From NCBI GenBank assembly GCA_016839945.1, contig JAEOTE010000090.1, positions 3,414-67,413 of the forward strand: 64,000 bases of DNA, given 5' to 3'. The position numbers were made by a program, and so were the translations under genes. Numbering within the stretch: the first letter of the stretch is position 1; every line of letters starts with the position of its first letter. The notes beneath the pieces are model-generated. The model saw nothing but the letters and a program-made list of their open reading frames with translations, searched no databases and was not told the DNA's origin. This DNA comes from Candidatus Heimdallarchaeota archaeon. GTDB taxonomy: Archaea > Asgardarchaeota > Heimdallarchaeia > Heimdallarchaeales > Heimdallarchaeaceae. Shown here one piece after another: positions 57,859 through 64,000 of the stretch.

Positions 57859-58824
57859 ATGAAGCCAATCCAACCCAGTGCTAGTGTTTATAACCTTGGA
57901 GAAAAATATGGTTATCTCCCTTATATGATTGATAGATATATTGAGATATTTGGAGAGGAGGAAACCACAAAGTTGCTTCATTTCTATGAATCAGAACTAC
58001 CTAAAATAATTAGATTAAACTCTTTAAGATCGCCATATTCTAAAACCGTGGAATTACTTACAAATAAGGGGGTAGAACTAAAAGACATACTAGGCATTGA
58101 AGAAGGAAAGGAAGTTGTAAGTTCTCTAGTTCCTATTGGAGCAACTCCTGAATACCTAAATGGTTACTATTTTTTGCAAGGAAAAAACTCAATGTACCCT
58201 TCTCTAGTACTCAATCCCAAGAAACAGGAACTTGTAGGTGATTTTGCTGCAGCTCCAGGAGGAAAAACTACTCATCTAGCTCAATTGATGGAAAATGAGG
58301 GAAATATTTTTGCTTTAGAATTAAGCTTGAAAAGATGTAGAAGCCTCAAAGCAAATCTTTCTCGTATGGGAGTTAAAAATACTACCGTTTTTCAAATGGA
58401 TACAAGGGAAGTAACAACCCTTGGTATAGAGTTTGATAAAATTCTTTTAGATGCGCCTTGTTCGGGATCAGGGGTAATTAGTTCAGATTATACAAGAAAA
58501 TCTTCTAAAACGCTAGATGACATAATGAATTACCATGAGTATCAAACATCTCTTTTATCTAGTTCTTTAGAAGTACTGAAAACAAATGGAAAGCTTGTTT
58601 ATTGTACCTGTTCGCTTGAGCCTGAAGAAAATGAGTTTGTTATTTCTAGAGTTTTGGATAAATGTGATATTGAATTGGTAGAGATTAATATCGACGGAGA
58701 TAGAGGATTAGAAAAATTCCTACAATATGAATTCCATGAAGATATAGTAAAAACAAAAAGGCTCTATCCTCACAAGACTGGTGGAGAGGGGTTCTTTATA
58801 GCAAAAATGGTGAAAAATAGATGA
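57859..58824 (+). CDS. NOL1/NOP2/Sun-family RNA cytosine-C5 methyltransferase
   Basis: 321 aa. DFAAAPGGKTTHLAQL (SAM site), LLDAPCSGSGV and LVYCTCSLEPEENE (two catalytic Cys motifs). Confidence 0.85.
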   Translation: MKPIQPSASVYNLGEKYGYLPYMIDRYIEIFGEEETTKLLHFYESELPKIIRLNSLRSPYSKTVELLTNKGVELKDILGIEEGKEVVSSLVPIGATPEYLNGYYFLQGKNSMYPSLVLNPKKQELVGDFAAAPGGKTTHLAQLMENEGNIFALELSLKRCRSLKANLSRMGVKNTTVFQMDTREVTTLGIEFDKILLDAPCSGSGVISSDYTRKSSKTLDDIMNYHEYQTSLLSSSLEVLKTNGKLVYCTCSLEPEENEFVISRVLDKCDIELVEINIDGDRGLEKFLQYEFHEDIVKTKRLYPHKTGGEGFFIAKMVKNR

Positions 58825-59369
58825 AAAGAACTTATCCAGTCTTTCGTAAATCATCTAACGAAGAAGAAAAGCTTGTTAAGGAAACTTTTGATTATTTTCT
58901 TGACAAAGAATCCACCAATCCACTTGATAACTACCATTTATGGACCAAGGAAGGAAAAATAAAAGAGATATATGCAATCCCTGAAGAAACAAACAAATTA
59001 TTGCAGAACATGAACAAACCTATTTATTCATCTGGAATCCCATTGGGAAGTATCTTTCAAAATAAATTTCAATTAGAAATTGAAGGCGCTCATCTAATAT
59101 TGCCACTCACTAACAAAATCATAGAAATTAAAACAGAACAATTTCTTTATGGAAAACCTATTTTTGTTGAAAATATAGAAAACTTCGAAACAAGCTTTGA
59201 AGAGGGAGATCTATTAATAATTGTGGGTAGAAACAAGCTTCATTATGGTATCGGCATCTCTAGAATTAGTTCGAAAAACATACAAGATGCTAAAAGAAAT
59301 GCGATTTTAATTAAGGAATTTGAAAAGAAACCAAGAGACAGAGGATGGTACCTGAGATACGGAAATTAA
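58821..59369 (+). CDS. NIP7-like protein with C-terminal PUA domain
   Basis: 182 aa. ATGA overlap with the upstream methyltransferase. TEQFLYGKPIFVENI resembles human NIP7 EQSFLYGNHVLKSGL. GDLLIIVGRNKLHYGIGIS is a PUA-like strand pattern. Confidence 0.6.
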   Translation: MKRTYPVFRKSSNEEEKLVKETFDYFLDKESTNPLDNYHLWTKEGKIKEIYAIPEETNKLLQNMNKPIYSSGIPLGSIFQNKFQLEIEGAHLILPLTNKIIEIKTEQFLYGKPIFVENIENFETSFEEGDLLIIVGRNKLHYGIGISRISSKNIQDAKRNAILIKEFEKKPRDRGWYLRYGN

Positions 59370-59544
59370 TGATAAAGTTTCTCTAAATATATTCATTTAT
59401 TACTAAAGTTGATTATTTAGTGAAAACAAGAGATAACAAAAAATATTTAAATATAGTTTGAAGCGTTAATTTAGTTTTATCAACGTTATTTACAAATATG
59501 AGGCTTCATTCTGTTGCATATTTGTTCTATGATAAAAATAAGGG

Positions 59545-61464
59545 TTGGACATATTGAGCTATAAAGAAGTATTAGAGCAGATTTCCGCAGACATACATGA
59601 AGAATTACCTGATAATTCCGAGATAAGTAGAATCGAATTTGAAGGTCCTGAAGTTGCAGTTTATTCACGAAATCCAAAAGTTTTAGTTGATGATGAAACA
59701 ATAATCAAAGAACTTGCAAAGAAATTAAGAAAAAGAATTGTTATTAGATCAGATCCAGATGTAAGACTCCCAAAAGACCAAACAATATATCTAATAAACG
59801 AACTAGTAGGGAAGGAAGGAGAAATTACTACAATAGATTTTGATGAGCTAGTTGGTGAAGTTGTAATTGAAGCACTTAAACCTGGTGTCATTATTGGAAA
59901 ATCTGGTGATATGTTAAGATCGATTATTTCAAAGACTCTTTGGCGACCTCGAGTAATGAGAACACCACCAATTGAATCAAAAGTGATAAAAACTATTAGA
60001 CATCTCTATCAGAAACATTCAAAGAAAAGGCAAGATATACTTCGAGTTATTGGAAAACGTATTCATAGACCTGTTATTTACAGAGATGACACAATAAGAG
60101 TAACAGCTTTGGGAGGTTTTGCTGAAGTAGGTAGGAGCGCTGCTCTAGTTCAAACTGGAGAGAGTAGAGTTCTAGTAGATTGCGGAATCAATGTAGGAAG
60201 CAATACACCAAACAACACTTTTCCAAGGTTTGATTTACCTGAATTTGACATAGAAGAATTGGATGCAGTGGTGGTTTCCCATGCACATTTAGATCATTCG
60301 GGTTTTGTTCCATATCTCTTTAAATATGGTTACAAAGGCGCAATTTATGCCACACGACCAACAAGAGATTTAATGACAATGTTACAAATTGATTATTTGG
60401 ATGTAGCTAACAAAGAAGGAAAAACTCTTCCTTATGAACAAGATGACATTCGTGAATCTGTATTGCATACAATTGTTTTAGATTATGGTGAAGTCACAGA
60501 TATCACACCAGACATAAGATTAACTTTTCATAACGCAGGACATATAGTTGGAAGTGCAATTCCACACCTTCATATAGGTGAGGGGATCTATAATCTTGCG
60601 TTTGCTCAAGACATAAAATATGCAAAATCAAATCTTTTAGATCCTGCTAATTCAAGATTTCCAAGACTAGAAACTCTTTTCATTGAATCTACATATGGAA
60701 AACCTCAAGACATTCTTCCCTCTAGAGCTGAATGTGAAGATTTACTAAGAAACGTAGTATTCGACACGATACAAAAAGGAGGGAAGGTTCTAATTCCAGT
60801 ATTAGCAGTGGGAAGAGCTCAAGAGGTATTAGTAATTTTGGAAGGGATGATGAGAAATGGAAAAATACCAAACATTCCAATATATACAGATGGGATGATT
60901 AGAGAAGCTTCTGCAATAACAACTGCTCATCCTGAATTCTTATCAAAGAATCAGAGGGAAAGAATTTTTCACGAAGGTCAAAACCCTTTCCTTGCAGAAC
61001 AAATAAATCAAGTTGCATCATCTGAAGAAAGAGATTTGATAATTCAAGGAGATCCAGCAATAATACTTGCGACTAGTGGAATGCTTAATGGAGGACCAAG
61101 TGTTCTTTACTTCAAAGCATTATGTCAAGATCCAAACAACTCTTTGATTTTTGTGAGTTATCAAGGAAAAGGTACTTTAGGAAGTAAAATCCAAAAAGGC
61201 ATAACTGAAATTCAAATGGTTGAAGAAAGAAAAACAGTAATGTACCATATTGCTATGGGGGTTCATAGTATCTCTGGTTTTACAGGACACAGTGATAGAA
61301 GGGAGTTAGAAAATTATATAAACAAAGTAATACCAAAGCCTGAAAGAGTTGTAGTAATACATGGTGAGGAAAGCAAAGTCAAAAAATTTGCATCTTGGGT
61401 TTACAAAACTACAAAAATAGAAAGTCTTGCTCCTCCAAATGGTACAACAATAAGATTAAGATAA
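59545..61464 (+). CDS. aCPSF1/FttA: KH-domain beta-CASP metallo-beta-lactamase ribonuclease
   Basis: 639 aa. N-terminal KH modules (IEFEGPEVAVYSRNP, IIGKSGDMLRSI), VVSHAHLDHSG and the beta-CASP region ending GHSD. TTG start. Confidence 0.85.
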   Translation: MDILSYKEVLEQISADIHEELPDNSEISRIEFEGPEVAVYSRNPKVLVDDETIIKELAKKLRKRIVIRSDPDVRLPKDQTIYLINELVGKEGEITTIDFDELVGEVVIEALKPGVIIGKSGDMLRSIISKTLWRPRVMRTPPIESKVIKTIRHLYQKHSKKRQDILRVIGKRIHRPVIYRDDTIRVTALGGFAEVGRSAALVQTGESRVLVDCGINVGSNTPNNTFPRFDLPEFDIEELDAVVVSHAHLDHSGFVPYLFKYGYKGAIYATRPTRDLMTMLQIDYLDVANKEGKTLPYEQDDIRESVLHTIVLDYGEVTDITPDIRLTFHNAGHIVGSAIPHLHIGEGIYNLAFAQDIKYAKSNLLDPANSRFPRLETLFIESTYGKPQDILPSRAECEDLLRNVVFDTIQKGGKVLIPVLAVGRAQEVLVILEGMMRNGKIPNIPIYTDGMIREASAITTAHPEFLSKNQRERIFHEGQNPFLAEQINQVASSEERDLIIQGDPAIILATSGMLNGGPSVLYFKALCQDPNNSLIFVSYQGKGTLGSKIQKGITEIQMVEERKTVMYHIAMGVHSISGFTGHSDRRELENYINKVIPKPERVVVIHGEESKVKKFASWVYKTTKIESLAPPNGTTIRLR

Positions 61465-61467
61465 GAA

Positions 61468-61959
61468 TTAAAAGCGAAAATTCCAAATATCGTCTTTAAG
61501 ATAATGAAGAAGTTTTACAACTTTACCTTTCTTAGTTTTTTTGAATTCTTGAGAGCTGAGAAGTGATAACCCAACACCTAAAATTGACTCAGCTTTTTCT
61601 TCATGAATTGAAACTATTGTATTTGTTTTGATATCATTGTCAAAATGAACAATCCCTGGAGCCATAACATCAGCCCCATTTGTTATAAAACGAATAGCTC
61701 CTATATCAACAATAACTTTGGGTAAAATAGAATCTGCTTCCCTTAGATAATGAATTGTTGGAATGTACATTCCTTCATGTATAAAGAATGAAGCTTTACC
61801 TTCTTTTATTAAGAAAATTCCTTTATCTGTTTTTATCTCCTCTATGTCTGAAGTCACTTGAAATAAATTAGAAGCAATTTCACCATAAATTTGATTTAAT
61901 TTCATAAAAAACAGTTTTTTTTCTTTTTTCGATAAAAATTTTCTAGCTTTGATTTGCAT
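61468..61959 (-). CDS. PUA-domain RNA-binding protein (Tma20/MCT-1-like)
   Basis: 163 aa. VIVDIGAIRFITNGADVMAPGIV...VSIHEEKAESILGVGLSL is typical of the archaeal PUA protein. Confidence 0.7.
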   Translation of the reverse strand: MQIKARKFLSKKEKKLFFMKLNQIYGEIASNLFQVTSDIEEIKTDKGIFLIKEGKASFFIHEGMYIPTIHYLREADSILPKVIVDIGAIRFITNGADVMAPGIVHFDNDIKTNTIVSIHEEKAESILGVGLSLLSSQEFKKTKKGKVVKLLHYLKDDIWNFRF

Positions 61960-61980
61960 GTTATTCTATCCAAAAACGCT

Positions 61981-62412
61981 CTATTGTTTTAATTTCTCTA
62001 GAATTGAGGTGTACGATTTTTTAATTGCTTCGTACCTCTCTTTGGAAGACATTCCAAGTAAGTACATTTGTTCTTCATTTTCCAGCCTTCTTGTGTATTC
62101 TTCTTTTAAAGAAGTTATGAACTGATCAATTGAATCCTTAACATTAGAAATCAAATCAACACCAGGCTCAGGTACGGTGTAGATGTACTTTAGAGTTGGA
62201 TAAGTATCAGCTTTTCTCTCAATCAAACCTATATCCAACATTTGTTTCAGATGCTTCTCAACTGCTGGTCTTGAAATTTGTAATTCCTTTGTTAGTTCAT
62301 CTGCAGTAAGTTTCATATTACTCAATAATGTCAATATCTTTCTACGTGAAGCATCTCTAAAAATAGAGTAGATAACATCAACTACTGGAATCTCTCCTTT
62401 TTTGGAACTCAT
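61981..62412 (-). CDS. ArsR-family winged-helix transcriptional regulator
   Basis: 143 aa. RRKILTLLSNMKLTADELTKELQISRPAVEKHLKQMLDIGLIERK. Confidence 0.75.
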   Translation of the reverse strand: MSSKKGEIPVVDVIYSIFRDASRRKILTLLSNMKLTADELTKELQISRPAVEKHLKQMLDIGLIERKADTYPTLKYIYTVPEPGVDLISNVKDSIDQFITSLKEEYTRRLENEEQMYLLGMSSKERYEAIKKSYTSILEKLKQ

Positions 62413-62560
62413 TTACGAGTGAAATTATTATTCCTTACTTAAATCATTGTCGGTTTAAACTGAAAGGTTAAAGCTTAAAACTAGAGCCTTTAAAGCATTA
62501 CCTAATTAATTAAAAAAAAGAATATATAAAGCGATTTCAATGTAATTATGAGGTGGCAAT

Positions 62561-63463
62561 GTGAGCCAGAATGAAATTAAGATGTATAGAGAACTATTAG
62601 ATCTTCTAGAAAAAAGATATGATAATGGTGAGATTGATAAAACAAGTTATGCGGAATTGAAAGAACGTTATAATTCAAAATTAGAAAAAGTTAGAGAAGA
62701 TATTGAAGTTCTTAAAGAAGCTCCTGAAATACGAGTAGCTGGTTCAAAAACAATTTCTAAAGATTCTGTAACAATTGCCGGGTCAGCAACCATTGCTGGA
62801 GGAAAAGTAATGAGAGATTTACGTATTTCTGGATCTGGTAAAATTAGTGGTGATGTTGAGTGTAAAGCACTCAAATGTTCAGGATCAGTAAAATCAATTG
62901 GTAATATTATTACTCATGGAGATATTAGATGTTCAGGAGCTTTCAAATGTGAAAAAAACGTTGAAAGTGACGGAAACGCAACATTTAGTGGATCTTCTAA
63001 GATATTTGGGGAATTAGTGATAAAGGGGAAACTTACAGCTTCAGGTTCATATAAGACAGAAAAAAACACTCAAGCTGATAAGGGGATTAGTTTAAGTGGA
63101 GCTTCAGGTATTAATGGAAATTTAATGTCACAGAATACAATAAAAATAGCAGGCAAAGCAACAATAGAAAAAAACATTCTTTGTGAAAATCTTATTGTAG
63201 AAGGCAGAAGAACGGTTTTTGAATCTTGGTTTTTCAGAAAAAGGAAAAAACTAGTTCGTGTTATGGGAAGTATTGTTGCACAAAATGAAATTGATGTACA
63301 AGATATTGCAGTTGAAAAAAATATTAAGGGTAGAGTTGTGAAACTTGGACCAAATACTTCTGTTCATGGTAAAGTTTACTATGTTGAAGATTTATTCTTG
63401 AGTGAAGGAGTAAGTCTAGAAAAAGAACCAGTAAGAATTGGAGAAGAAGATTTGAAATTATAA
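62561..63463 (+). CDS. SHOCT-like N-terminal domain fused to bactofilin-like beta-helix repeats
   Basis: 300 aa. N-terminus YRELLDLLEKRYDNGEIDKTSYAELKERY (SHOCT-like). Then about 9 repeats of 17-18 residues with x-[SA]-G-[SA] (ISGSGK, CSGSVK, CSGAFK, FSGSSK, ASGSYK, LSGASG, IAGKAT). GTG start 4 nt after AGGTGG. Confidence 0.55.
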   Translation: MSQNEIKMYRELLDLLEKRYDNGEIDKTSYAELKERYNSKLEKVREDIEVLKEAPEIRVAGSKTISKDSVTIAGSATIAGGKVMRDLRISGSGKISGDVECKALKCSGSVKSIGNIITHGDIRCSGAFKCEKNVESDGNATFSGSSKIFGELVIKGKLTASGSYKTEKNTQADKGISLSGASGINGNLMSQNTIKIAGKATIEKNILCENLIVEGRRTVFESWFFRKRKKLVRVMGSIVAQNEIDVQDIAVEKNIKGRVVKLGPNTSVHGKVYYVEDLFLSEGVSLEKEPVRIGEEDLKL

Positions 63464-63491
63464 CCTTCTTAAACTCCTTTTTTTGTATAAA

Positions 63492-64000
63492 TCAAAGATT
63501 GTAGAGTGTTGAAAATTTCTCTTTTAGATAGTTTATATGGTACTTTGTAGTAAGCTCTTCACCAGTAATATCCTTAACCATCTCAAGACAATCTAAGGTA
63601 CCACCTTTCTGATGTACATTTGTTTCTAACCACTGTCGAATTGGAGTAAATTTACCATCTTGTAAAGAATTTTGCCAATCAGGAAGATCCTTAGACAGTT
63701 TTGCAGTTAATTGCGAAGAGATCAAATCACCTATTCCATAGCCAAAGAAGTAACCGTAATATTGTGAGTACCAATGCATATCTTGCATTACTCCTAATGT
63801 ATCATTTGGAACATCTACACCTAGATATTCTTTGTATTTCTCATTCCATACTTGTGGTAATTCTTTTGTTTCTATTTTTCCGGCAAACCAATCTCTTTCT
63901 ATTTCAAAACGGATTATGATATGCATGATATAAGTTACTTCATCAGCTTGAATTCTGATGAAGCCAGGATTAACGGAATTTAAGGTAAAATAGAAATCAT
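63492..64000 (-). CDS. M32 carboxypeptidase (Taq-type), C-terminal part; gene continues beyond the window end
   Basis: The frame stays open to the window edge. NPGFIRIQADEVTYIMHIIIRFEIE and MQDMHWYSQYYGYFFGYGIGDL match the M32 family C-terminal region. Confidence 0.75.
   Translation of the reverse strand, partial: DFYFTLNSVNPGFIRIQADEVTYIMHIIIRFEIERDWFAGKIETKELPQVWNEKYKEYLGVDVPNDTLGVMQDMHWYSQYYGYFFGYGIGDLISSQLTAKLSKDLPDWQNSLQDGKFTPIRQWLETNVHQKGGTLDCLEMVKDITGEELTTKYHINYLKEKFSTLYNL

Noticed and set aside
1-64000. A scan for CRISPR arrays, IS elements, transposases, integrases, toxin-antitoxin pairs and known defence genes.
   Set aside because: No regularly spaced repeats and no recognisable mobile-element or defence proteins were seen. 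The two RHH genes have no adjacent toxin-like ORF.

Overview
AT-rich (about one-third G+C by eye), densely coding archaeal chromosomal segment with about 70 genes on both strands. TTG/GTG starts and GGTG-type Shine-Dalgarno sites are frequent. I found no transposase, integrase, CRISPR array or rRNA. The informational core is clearly archaeal: aIF2-beta, aIF1A, Rio1, a KH/Dim2-like protein, NMD3, Nop2/Sun plus NIP7, aCPSF1/FttA, a Tma20-like PUA protein, Trm112, MetRS and glycerol-1-phosphate dehydrogenase. A ribophorin I/OST1-like membrane glycoprotein (39044..41209) points to an Asgard-type (Lokiarchaeia-like) genome. Mixed in are bacterial-type modules: MutS-MutL, MetK-type SAM synthetase, DegV, DeoC and a heterodimeric ABC exporter. 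A roughly 14-kb surface-glycan island (23871..37621) carries GT4/GT2 glycosyltransferases, an ArnD-like deacetylase, a hexapeptide acetyltransferase, a large polytopic membrane protein and an archaeosortase-family protein. There are two long beta-helical bactofilin-like repeat proteins. The best hunt result is an unannotated box C/D sRNA (16083..16149, minus strand), 68 nt downstream of an intron-containing tRNA-Trp. Its two 12-nt spacers are complementary to that tRNA and select C34 and C39 by the N+5 rule. All protein family calls come from motif recognition by eye, with no database search.
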